DNA of 64,000 nucleotides from an uncultured Actinomycetes bacterium (GTDB lineage: Bacteria > Actinomycetota > Thermoleophilia > UBA2241), in contig CAVYCN010000012.1 in assembly GCA_963767005.1 (NCBI GenBank), positions 64,001 through 128,000 on the forward strand, given 5' to 3'. Every line of letters starts with the position of its first letter. The stretch's first letter is position 1. A model generated the notes under the pieces. It did not search any database. It was not told the DNA's origin and saw nothing but the letters and a program-made list of their open reading frames with translations. The position numbers were made by a program, and so were the translations under genes. Below, one piece after another: positions 39,330 to 47,632 of the stretch.

Positions 39330-39527
39330 GTGATCTACTCAGTCGTCCCGCCCGAGCTCGGCGAAGAGGTCTTCGCCCGGCTCGTCGAGCGGTACAAGGA
39401 CAATCCCAACATCACCGTGATCATGGACCGTCGCAAGGGCGAACGGCGCAGGGACAACTCCGGCGGCGGCGGGCGCGAGACCCGCGACCGCCGCCGCCGT
39501 CGCCTGCCGGGCAGCTTCGACGTCTGA
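39330..39527 (+). CDS. 65-aa hypothetical protein with DRRxxERR motifs
   Basis: AAGGAGG RBS, GTG start, GC3-rich codons. Confidence 0.75.
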   Translation: MIYSVVPPELGEEVFARLVERYKDNPNITVIMDRRKGERRRDNSGGGGRETRDRRRRRLPGSFDV

Positions 39528-39582
39528 CCCCGCCGCACAGCCGCCGGTCCCGCCGGGCCCGGCCGTCCGCGCCGCCGACACG

Positions 39583-40035
39583 GTGGTCGAGCTCTCTTCG
39601 CTCATGCAGCCCGCCGACGCCAACTTCTTCGGTGTGATTCACGGCGGCGTCATCCTCAAGCTCATCGACGAGACCGCCGGCACGTGCGCCTACCGCTTCG
39701 CCCGCCGCCGCGTAGTGACGGCCGCGATCGACCGCATGTCGTTCCACTACCCCGTGCAGATCGGCAACCTGGTCGTCTGCAGGGCCACCGTCAACTGGGC
39801 CGGCCGCACGTCGATCGAGATCGGCGTGCGCGTCGAGGCCGAGGACCTCGACACCGGCGCCTGGCTGCACACCAACTCGGCCTACCTCGTGTTCGTCGCC
39901 TTGGACGACGAGCGCCGGCCCGCGCCCGTGCCCCGCCTGCTTGTCGAGACCGACGCCGAGCGCCGCCGCTGGGCGGCCGCCGAGGAGCGTCGCAGGGTAC
40001 GGCTCGACGAGCGCGACCGCGAGGCGAGCACGTAG
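39583..40035 (+). CDS. Hotdog acyl-CoA thioesterase (true start possibly further upstream)
   Basis: MQPADANFFGVIHGG, GRTSIEIGV, FVALD. Confidence 0.9.
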   Translation: MVELSSLMQPADANFFGVIHGGVILKLIDETAGTCAYRFARRRVVTAAIDRMSFHYPVQIGNLVVCRATVNWAGRTSIEIGVRVEAEDLDTGAWLHTNSAYLVFVALDDERRPAPVPRLLVETDAERRRWAAAEERRRVRLDERDREAST

Positions 40036-40098
40036 CCCTGCGCCGTCCCGAGGCCGTCGCCCGCGAGAAGGGGCGATCGCCGCCCGGGGCGGTCCAGC

Positions 40099-40902
40099 TC
40101 AGGCGGTCTGCGGCGCGACGCCCTCGCGGCGCAACAGCTCGGTCAGGGCCGACTGGGCCACTTCGAGCTGCGCGTGGTCGGGCTCGCGCGTGGTGAGCAG
40201 GTGCTGCAGGGCAAGGCCCGGCGCGCGGAGCAGGTCGGCCGCGCGGTTGCCTCGATTGCGCGTCATCCACGAGAAGATCTCAAAGGCCGTGCCGAGAGAC
40301 GCGAGCCCGACCAGCAGGTTGGGCAGCGGTCGTTCGTCGGCGCCCGCGGCGTGCAGCACGAGACCGCCGGCCACGTTGGTGAGCAGGAGCGGGCCGATCA
40401 GATTGGTGCCACAGCGATCGTGCTCGCGGGCGGCGTTCTCGGGGCTGCCGCCGGTCTCGTAGGCGGCGACGCTCTTGTGCTCGGCGCCGTGAAAGCGCGA
40501 CAGCTCGGTGGTGCGCACCGCGATCAGCGCCGGCGCGATCGAGAGCACCGAGACCACGAGCTCGCGGGCGACCGGCGCCCTCTTCAGGAGCCGGCGCAGG
40601 ACGAGGGTCGCGATCGCGCTCGCCACGGCGGCCCACACGACCGCCGGCTCCTCTTGCGGCAGCACCCGCCGGCCGAGCTCGCGGCGCATGGCGGGCAGCG
40701 TCATCGTCATCTCGGCGATGCGGCCAACGCCACGCAGCACGGGCACCTTGTCGATCGCACCCTGCCCCGGCAGTCGGCTCCTGACCCCGGAATGCACGTC
40801 GACGCTGCCGTCGGGCAGGCGCACGGCGGCCGCCCAGTTGTCGCGGCTGAGCAACATCACCCCGTCCCTCAGGGCCATGCCCCCGAGCGTGAGATCGGCC
40901 AC
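40099..40902 (-). CDS. DUF1385-family membrane protein
   Basis: LGGMAL..GVM, FHGAEHK, HDRCGT, TTREPD. Confidence 0.85.
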   Translation of the reverse strand: MADLTLGGMALRDGVMLLSRDNWAAAVRLPDGSVDVHSGVRSRLPGQGAIDKVPVLRGVGRIAEMTMTLPAMRRELGRRVLPQEEPAVVWAAVASAIATLVLRRLLKRAPVARELVVSVLSIAPALIAVRTTELSRFHGAEHKSVAAYETGGSPENAAREHDRCGTNLIGPLLLTNVAGGLVLHAAGADERPLPNLLVGLASLGTAFEIFSWMTRNRGNRAADLLRAPGLALQHLLTTREPDHAQLEVAQSALTELLRREGVAPQTA

Positions 40903-41212
40903 TGGTCGTCCTTTCGTCTCGCGCGACGCCCGTCGCGCGCTCCTCTCCTGGGTGACGCGGACGCCCCACCGGTCGACGCGTCCGCCGCCGGTCTTCTTCC
41001 CCGGCCCCGTGCCATCCTATCCGGAAACGGCGAGCGACCGGCAGCCCTCCGGGAGGCCGCGCTCCCCGAGTTCCACCGGAAGGCCCGCGAGCACCCGCGC
41101 GGCGCGTCCGCGGCCGGCGACCGTGGTTCGGTCTATACTGTCGAAGGCGCCCGGCCGGTGCACGAACGGCCGACCGGAGCGCGGCCCCGCAGGCGACGAC
41201 AGGAGGTGGCCG

Positions 41213-41257
41213 ATGACTGATTCTGAGGTAGCGAGACGGAGGGCGGCCGTCTCCTGA
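41213..41257 (+). other. 14-codon sORF (MTDSEVARRRAAVS) in a candidate small transcript ~41145-41350
   Basis: TATACT at 41134, AGGAGGT SD, serial hairpins, terminator-like hairpin. Confidence 0.45.
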
Positions 41258-41313
41258 GCTGCGCGCTCAGCTAGAGAACGCACCATGAGCGGCTGTCTTT
41301 CGTCGAGCCGCCT

Positions 41314-41350
41314 GGGGGGCGGGGAGCCAAGGCTCCCCGCCCCCCGCTTC
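41314..41350 (+). terminator. GC-rich 15-bp-stem hairpin
   Basis: GGGGGGCGGGGAGCC-AA-GGCTCCCCGCCCCCC. Confidence 0.7.
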
Positions 41351-41435
41351 GTCTGGACACCCGCACGCGGCGGCTCGTCGCCGGCGCGAGCCGGGAGGCG
41401 GGCGCCAGGCCCGCGCTGCTAGACTTGGGGCGCTC

Positions 41436-42677
41436 ATGTCCGCGCCCCGCTCAGACCCGCCGTCCGACCCGCAGCCGAGCTTCGGCCGCGACCTGTGGCT
41501 CTGCTTTCTGTCGAGCCTGCTCTTCTCGCTCGGTCTGGGCCTCTACTACCAGTTGCTGAACGTCTACGCGATCAGGCACCTGGGCGCGCCGCGCTTCATG
41601 ATCGGCGCGCTCGTGGCCCTGCAGCTCGGCACGACGGCCCTGAGCTACCTGCCGGGCGCATGGGCGACAGACCATCTGCGGCTCAAGGTCGTGATCGTCG
41701 CCGTATGGTGGCTGACCGTACCGGCGGCGCTCTGCTTCGCGCTCGCGCCGAGCTGGCCCTGGCTCATTCCCGGCTACGTGGTCACCGGCCTCTACTACGC
41801 CAACAACCCGGCGCTCAAGACCTACATCATGCTCAAGTCGGGGCCCGAGCGCATGGCCCGCAACATCTCGTACATCTTCGCGAGCTTCCCCATGGGCCTG
41901 GCGCTCGGACCGCTCGCCGGCGGCTGGCTCGCCGGGCGCTACGGCCTGCGGCCCGTGTTCCTGATCGCGGTGGCGTTCTACGTCGCCTCGTCGATCGTCG
42001 TGAGCCTGATCGCCGACCTCCCCTACCACGCCGCCGGGCAGCCCTGGAAGGTCGCCGACCTGCTCGAGAACCGCGTCTTTCGGCGCAACCTCGCGTTCTT
42101 TGGCTGCGGCTTCTTCACGGTGTACCTGGCCTGGCCGTTCGTGCAGCCGTACCTCGCCCAGGTCCACCACCTGAGCTACACCGCCCTCGGCGCGCTCGCC
42201 GCCGTCGGCGCCGTCGGCGGCAGCGTCGTGACCTTCGCCGCCGGCCGCGCCACCGATCTGCGCGGCCATCGCCAGGGCATCGGGATCACGATCGCCTGCC
42301 TCACGGTGGGGGCGGTGCTGCTGCTCGCCGGCTGGGGTCCGCCGGTCTGGGCGCTCGCCGTGTTCCTCTACGGCGCCTTCGACTCGTTCCGCTTCGTCAC
42401 GGCCGGCATCGTGAGCCACTCGTTCGGCACCGTGCCGCCGGTGTGGGGCTACGCGGTGTTCGACGCGAGCATGGGCGTGCCCACCGCCTGCGCCGCCCTC
42501 GCCGGCGGCGCGCTCTACCGCTCGTCGTACACCCTGCCCTTCTTCGTCGTCGCCGGCCTGGGCGGCGCCATGCTGCTCGCCCTCCTGCTGGCGGGGCGCG
42601 GCGACCGGGCGACCGTCGCGGTCGGCCTGCCGTCGCCGTCGTCTGCTAGGCTAGGGCCGACCAAGGAGACCTTATGA
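41436..42677 (+). CDS. MFS transporter
   Basis: About 12 TM; motif-A-like GAWATDHLRLK and GRATDLRGHR. Confidence 0.82.
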   Translation: MSAPRSDPPSDPQPSFGRDLWLCFLSSLLFSLGLGLYYQLLNVYAIRHLGAPRFMIGALVALQLGTTALSYLPGAWATDHLRLKVVIVAVWWLTVPAALCFALAPSWPWLIPGYVVTGLYYANNPALKTYIMLKSGPERMARNISYIFASFPMGLALGPLAGGWLAGRYGLRPVFLIAVAFYVASSIVVSLIADLPYHAAGQPWKVADLLENRVFRRNLAFFGCGFFTVYLAWPFVQPYLAQVHHLSYTALGALAAVGAVGGSVVTFAAGRATDLRGHRQGIGITIACLTVGAVLLLAGWGPPVWALAVFLYGAFDSFRFVTAGIVSHSFGTVPPVWGYAVFDASMGVPTACAALAGGALYRSSYTLPFFVVAGLGGAMLLALLLAGRGDRATVAVGLPSPSSARLGPTKETL

Positions 42678-43855
42678 CCGACGTCGCGGCCGACCACGAA
42701 CCCGTCACCAAGATCCTCATCGCCGACCTGCCCGAAGGGCGCGAAGTCACGACCTACTTCGTCGCCATCGACGTCGAGCCGGCCACCGACCGTAACGGCC
42801 GCTCGTTCCTGCGCATCAAGCTGCGCGACGCCTCGGGCGAGGTCAAGGCCATCCACTTCGACGCCGACGACCGCGTGGTCGAAGAGTTGCGCAGCGGCGA
42901 CGTCGTCAAGGTGAGCGGCACCTACTCGGTGCACGACAAGTATGGCGAGCAGTTCCAGGTCAAACGCCTGCGGGTCCTGCAGCCCGGCGAGTACGACATC
43001 GGCACGCTGGTGCCGGTCTCGCCGGTGCCGCTCGACGAGCTCGTGAGCCGCCTGAGCGCGCTCGTCGCCTCGGTGCGGAGCCCCTCGCTCCACGCCCTGC
43101 TCGCCCGCGCGCTCGACCCCGGGCACGAACCCGGCGCGACCTTCGCGATCGTGCCGGCGGCCGTGCGCAACCACCACGCCTACCGCCACGGCCTCCTCGA
43201 GCACTCGCTCATCGTCGCCGAGGTGGCCGGCGCGGTGGCCGACCGCTTCGCATCCGTCAACCGCGACCTCACCGTGACCGGCGCGCTGCTCCACGATATC
43301 GGCAAGGTGAGCTCGTACTCGGCCGACCCCATGGCGCCGGGCTTCACCGACGTCGGCCGGCTGCACGGCGAGATCGTGATCGGCCACGACCTCGTGCGCG
43401 GCCTCATCGAGCAGATCCCCGGTTTCCCCGACGAGCTGGCCACGCAGCTGCGCCACATCGTGATCTCGCACCACGGCGAGCGCGAGAAGGGCAGCCCCGT
43501 CAGCCCCGCCACCCGCGAAGCCGTCATCGTGCACTTCTGCGACGACATGACCGCCCGCCTGGCGGCCGTCGACGAGATCGCCGCCCGCACCTCCGGCGAC
43601 GCGCGCTGGTCGGCCTGGTGCAACATGCTGGCCGGTTACACCTACCTCGCGCCGGCCACCGACGAGCCGGACGAAGCCGCTACGGCCGCGGCCGTAGCGT
43701 CGGCGGCGGCCGATGTCACGGATCCACCGACTCCCGAGCCGGAGCCGGCCGCGGAGGCCGAGCCGGAGGCCGAGCCCGAGCCGGAGGCCGAGCCCGAGCC
43801 GGAGGCCGAGCCCGAGCCGGAGGCCGAGCCCGACACGGGCGCGGCGCTCTTCTAG
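42674..43855 (+). CDS. yhaM: OB-fold + HD-domain 3'-5' exoribonuclease (YhaM/Cbf1 family)
   Basis: LRDASGEV, NHHAYRHGLLEHS, LLHDIGK, SHHGEREKGSP. Confidence 0.88.
   Translation: MTDVAADHEPVTKILIADLPEGREVTTYFVAIDVEPATDRNGRSFLRIKLRDASGEVKAIHFDADDRVVEELRSGDVVKVSGTYSVHDKYGEQFQVKRLRVLQPGEYDIGTLVPVSPVPLDELVSRLSALVASVRSPSLHALLARALDPGHEPGATFAIVPAAVRNHHAYRHGLLEHSLIVAEVAGAVADRFASVNRDLTVTGALLHDIGKVSSYSADPMAPGFTDVGRLHGEIVIGHDLVRGLIEQIPGFPDELATQLRHIVISHHGEREKGSPVSPATREAVIVHFCDDMTARLAAVDEIAARTSGDARWSAWCNMLAGYTYLAPATDEPDEAATAAAVASAAADVTDPPTPEPEPAAEAEPEAEPEPEAEPEPEAEPEPEAEPDTGAALF
43760..43831 (+). repeat. 4 x 18-bp perfect tandem repeat (EPEAEP) in the YhaM tail
   Basis: GAGCCGGAGGCCGAGCCC x4. Confidence 0.9.
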
Positions 43856-43858
43856 GCT

Positions 43859-43948
43859 GTGCTTGCCGTCCGCATCGTCCTTGCCGTGGTGGCCGGCGCC
43901 CTGGCCCTGCGCCTCTGGCTGTCGTACACGCGCGTGCGGCGCAAGTAG
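43859..43948 (+). CDS. 29-aa membrane peptide (MLAVRIVLAVVAGALALRLWLSYTRVRRK)
   Basis: GTG 3 nt after the yhaM stop, GC3-rich codons, TM plus basic tail. Confidence 0.5.
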   Translation: MLAVRIVLAVVAGALALRLWLSYTRVRRK

Positions 43949-43984
43949 TGTCGACGCCCAGGCGAGCGCGACGTCGTCGCGCGC

Positions 43985-45400
43985 CTAGACCGACGGCGCC
44001 GTGTCGGTCTCGGGAGCCGGCCGCGGCCGCGTGAGCGAGGCGGGATCGAGGCGCTCGGCGAGCTCGTCGGCCGTCATGATGCCCCTGGCCAGCACCACCT
44101 CGGGCACCGACGCGCCGCTGCGATGCGCCTCCTTGGCCACCTCGGCCGCCGCCTCGTAGCCGATGACGGGGTTCAGGGCGGTCGCCAGGCCGAGGCTGCG
44201 CTCACCCCAGCGCCGGCAGCTCTCCTCGTCGGCCGCGATGCCGCGCGCGCAGCGCGCGGTGAAGACCTCGACGGCCGCGGCCATCACCTGCAGCGAGAAG
44301 AGCAGCTCGAAGGCGACGAGCGGCGTCATCACGTTGATCTCGAGCTGACCGGCCTGGGCGGCGAGCGCCACGGCAGCGTCGGCGCCGACCACGTGAAAGC
44401 AGACCATGTCGAGCATCTCGGCCATCACCGGGTTCACCTTGCCCGGCATGATCGACGAGCCCGGCTGCACGGGCGGCAGCGTGATCTCGGCCAGGCCGGT
44501 GCGCGGCCCGCTCGAGAGCAGGCGCAGGTCGTTGGCGATCTGGATCAGGCTGAGGGCGGTGCCGCGCAGCACGCCCGACAGGGCGACGAAGTCGTCGAGG
44601 CTCTGGGTCGCCTGCACCAGGTCGGGCGCCGCGCGCAGCGGCAACCCGGCCAGCCGCGCAAGCGTGGCCACCATCAGGCCGGCGTAGCGCTCGTCCGTGT
44701 TGAGCCCCGTGCCGGCGGCGGTGCCGCCGATGTGCAGGACGCGCGTCTGCGCGAGGGCCTCGACCAGGCGATCGCGCGCCTTGCCCACCGTGACGGCGTA
44801 GGCGGCGAACTCCTGCCCGAGGCGGATCGGTACCGCGTCCTGCAGGTGTGTCCGCGCGCTCTTCAACACGTGGTCGAACTCGACGCCCTTGTCGCGCAGC
44901 GTCCCCTGCAGCTCGAGCAGCGCACGGGCCAGGCGCTCACCCGGCCGCTGCAGTGCGAGGCGGATGGCCGTCGGGATCGCGTCGTTGGACGACTGCCCCT
45001 GGTTGACGTCGTCGTTGGGGTGGACCGGCGAGTACACGCCGCGCGGTCCGCCGCCGAGCAGCTCGTTGGCACGATTGGCGAGCACCTCGTTGGCGTTCAT
45101 GTTGTGCGACGTGCCCGCGCCCGCCTGGAACGGGTCGACGCGGAACTGCTCGAGGTGCGCGCCGCCGAGCACCTCGTCGGCGGCGCGCACGATCGCCTCG
45201 GACCGGTCGGCCGACAGCAGACCGAGCTCGCGGTTCACGAGTGCCGCGGCCTTCTTGACCAGCACGATGGCCTCTACCAGCTCGGGGCGCGGCGGCAGTC
45301 CCGAGATGGAGAAGTTCTCGATCGCGCGCTGCGTCTGGATGCCGTACAGCGCCTCGTCGGGCACGTCCCGGTCGCCCAGCGCGTCGTGCTCGCGTCGCAT
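43985..45400 (-). CDS. aspA: Aspartate ammonia-lyase / class II fumarase family
   Basis: GSSIMPGKVNP, QAGAGTSHNMN, RTHLQDAVP. Confidence 0.85.
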   Translation of the reverse strand: MRREHDALGDRDVPDEALYGIQTQRAIENFSISGLPPRPELVEAIVLVKKAAALVNRELGLLSADRSEAIVRAADEVLGGAHLEQFRVDPFQAGAGTSHNMNANEVLANRANELLGGGPRGVYSPVHPNDDVNQGQSSNDAIPTAIRLALQRPGERLARALLELQGTLRDKGVEFDHVLKSARTHLQDAVPIRLGQEFAAYAVTVGKARDRLVEALAQTRVLHIGGTAAGTGLNTDERYAGLMVATLARLAGLPLRAAPDLVQATQSLDDFVALSGVLRGTALSLIQIANDLRLLSSGPRTGLAEITLPPVQPGSSIMPGKVNPVMAEMLDMVCFHVVGADAAVALAAQAGQLEINVMTPLVAFELLFSLQVMAAAVEVFTARCARGIAADEESCRRWGERSLGLATALNPVIGYEAAAEVAKEAHRSGASVPEVVLARGIMTADELAERLDPASLTRPRPAPETDTAPSV

Positions 45401-45460
45401 CGTTTGTCCTTTCGTCTGTCGGGCCGGGCGGGCGGCTATGCCGCCCGCCCGCGCGCCGGG

Positions 45461-45910
45461 TCAGCCTCCCCAGATCTCCCCGGCGACCGCCAGCACCTCG
45501 GCGGCGTGACCCGCGGCCGAGACGTTCTCGAACACCCTGCGGACGGTGCCGTCGGGCTCGAGCAGAAAGGTCGTGCGCCGGGCCGACGGCTTGTCGGGCT
45601 TGTCGACCCCGAAGCCCAGGATCAGCGCGCGATCGGGGTCGCAGAGCAGCGGGAACCGCAGATCGTACTTCGTGGCGAAGCTCTGGTTCGCGTCCGGCTT
45701 GTCGACGCTTGCCCCGATCACCTGCACGCCGAGGGCCGCGAACTCTCCGAGCAGGCCGTTGAACTCAACGGCTTCCGTCGTTCAGCCCCCGGTGTTGGCC
45801 TTGGGAAAGAAGTAGAGGACGGTGCGGGCCCCCGGCGCTCCCAGGTCGAAGCTGCGTCCGTCGTGTGCTGTGCCGGTGACGGCCGGCGCCCTGTCGCCCT
45901 CTCTGAGCAT
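45461..45910 (-). CDS. bcp: Selenocysteine-containing peroxiredoxin (BCP/PrxQ family)
   Basis: LYFFPKANTGG-TGA-TTEA: the TGA (45782-45784) sits at the PxxxTxxC peroxidatic position and the frame continues to 45461. Confidence 0.9.
45755..45772 (-). promoter_or_regulatory. SECIS-like hairpin
   Basis: GCCGTTG-AGTT-CAACGGC after a 9-nt spacer 3' of the UGA. Confidence 0.7.
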
Positions 45911-46030
45911 CGTGCCCTCCGATCGCGGCCGGCCCCCGCCCATGCGGGCGACCTGTCGCCACCTTCGTACCCAGGGCACAGCTGCGCCTATCGTCGACGC
46001 CCGGCGTTGCCGCTGGCATAGACTCCGCGC

Positions 46031-46234
46031 ATGAGTATGCGCGTCCGCATCGACTACGACCGCTGCACCGGCGTCGCCGCCTGCGAGGCGGTCTGTCCCG
46101 AGGTGTTCGTCATCCGCGAGTCCGACGGCCTGGCCGACGTGCTCGAGCCGGAGCCGCACGCCACCCTGTGGGAGTGTGTGCGCCGCGCCCAAGAGGCGTG
46201 CCCCGAAGAGGCGATCCTCATCGAGGAAGACTAG
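46031..46234 (+). CDS. Monocluster ferredoxin
   Basis: CTGVAAC...CPEEAI; probably leaderless (TAGACT 6 nt upstream). Confidence 0.9.
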   Translation: MSMRVRIDYDRCTGVAACEAVCPEVFVIRESDGLADVLEPEPHATLWECVRRAQEACPEEAILIEED

Positions 46235-46354
46235 GCGCGCGACGTAGTCACGCCTGCCTGAGCGGCGACGACGCAGTCGCTCGACGGCCTAGGCGCGCGA
46301 CGTAGTCACGCCTGCCTGAGCGGCGACGACGCAGTCGCTCGACGGCCTAGGCGC
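46231..46354. repeat. Perfect 58-bp tandem duplication between convergent genes
   Basis: 46231-46288 is identical to 46289-46346, followed by a partial third copy. Confidence 0.9.
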
Positions 46355-46979
46355 TCTTGGGCAGGATCTCGACCGGCAGCCGGCAGAGCTCGGCCAGGCG
46401 CTGGGCATCGGCGATCGAGCCCACGATCGTGTCGTAGTGCATGGGCACGACGACCCGTGCGCTCAGCTTCTCGCAGGCGCCGGCTGCCTCGTCGGCGGTC
46501 ATCACGTAGGTGCCGCTCACCGGGATCATGGCCACGTCGACGTCGATCTCGGCCATCTCGTCGATCGCGTCGGTGTCGCCGGAGTGGTAGTAGGTCGTGC
46601 CGTCGAGCTCGACCACGTAGCCGACCTTGCCGTCGCGCTTGGGATGGAACGGCACACCCGGCTCGCGGAACTTGTCGAGGTTGTAGGCCGGCACGGCGCG
46701 CACCGTGACGCCGGCGATCGTGACGGAGTCCCCGGGCGCCACCGTCCGGGTATCGCCCTCGACCTGGCGCGTGACCTCGGCGGGGCCCACGAGCACCGTC
46801 GACGACTGCCACAGGCGCTCGACGTCACCCTTGTCGAAGTGGTCGAAGTGCTCGTGGGTGACGAGGATGAGATCGGCCGGAGGCGCCCCGGGAGCGATGT
46901 GCCAGGGGTCGATGTAGACAGTCTTCGAGCCGGTCAGGCGGAACGAGTCGTGCCCGAGCCAGGCGACGTGGTCGACCAT
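46347..46979 (-). CDS. MBL-fold metallo-hydrolase
   Basis: THEHFDH, YHSGDT, PMHY. Confidence 0.9.
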   Translation of the reverse strand: MVDHVAWLGHDSFRLTGSKTVYIDPWHIAPGAPPADLILVTHEHFDHFDKGDVERLWQSSTVLVGPAEVTRQVEGDTRTVAPGDSVTIAGVTVRAVPAYNLDKFREPGVPFHPKRDGKVGYVVELDGTTYYHSGDTDAIDEMAEIDVDVAMIPVSGTYVMTADEAAGACEKLSARVVVPMHYDTIVGSIADAQRLAELCRLPVEILPKSA

Positions 46980-47130
46980 CGTCGTGCCCTCCTTGTCGTT
47001 GAGCGGGCCACCGTGCCGGCCGCCGGCGCCGCCTGCCTGCGACGGTACGGGGGCGAAAACGGCGACGGGGCCGGCCGCCCGCGGGCGACCGACCCCGTCG
47101 GCTCGATCGTCGATCGAACCCCTGGGCGCC

Positions 47131-47331
47131 TTACGACGCCGGCTTGACGTCGGTCGCCTGGGGGCCCTTGCGGCCTTCCGTGAGCTCGAACTCGACGCGC
47201 TGGTTCTCGTCGAGGCCCGTCGTGCCGGGCGCGAGGCCGGTCACGTGCACGAAGATGTCGCCGCCTTCGTCCTGTGTGATGAACCCGTAGCCCTTCTGCG
47301 TCGAAAACCACTTGACTGTACCTTGAGGCAC
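47131..47331 (-). CDS. csp: Cold-shock protein
   Basis: GTVKWF..KGYGFI, DIFVH; GAGG RBS; TTCAAT-N16-TACACT promoter ~125 nt upstream. Confidence 0.95.
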   Translation of the reverse strand: MPQGTVKWFSTQKGYGFITQDEGGDIFVHVTGLAPGTTGLDENQRVEFELTEGRKGPQATDVKPAS

Positions 47332-47632
47332 CTGTTCCTCCTGTTTCGTGGAGCGTGCCCGCATGCCGACGTGAGCGAGGGCCACGGTTGCGCTCGGCCG
47401 GGGTGGCGCACCTGTGCGTCCGGCCATTCCTATCTTGAGTGCGCCACCCGGTAGTGTACGCAGAGACTCAGCCGATTGAAACCCACCCGGCCCGTTGACG
47501 CCAGAGGGCCCCGAGAGGTGACGCCGCCACGCTCGCGGCGAGCTCCGGGAGCGGGTCCGACGCTCGCGCGGCACGCGCGACCGCCGCTCCCGCCCCCGCC
47601 ATCGGACCCGCCTCTCGCGAGCCCCGGCGCGC

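Noticed and set aside
41213-41425. Sec read-through of the sORF TGA, or tmRNA/6S identity
   Set aside because: The extension runs through the terminator hairpin with no redox motif; no tRNA-like ends or tag features
45782-45784. Peroxiredoxin pseudogene
   Set aside because: The stop is precisely at the catalytic residue with a SECIS-like hairpin, which favours Sec
46231-46354. Possible CRISPR array
   Set aside because: Two adjacent identical units with no spacers, and no cas genes
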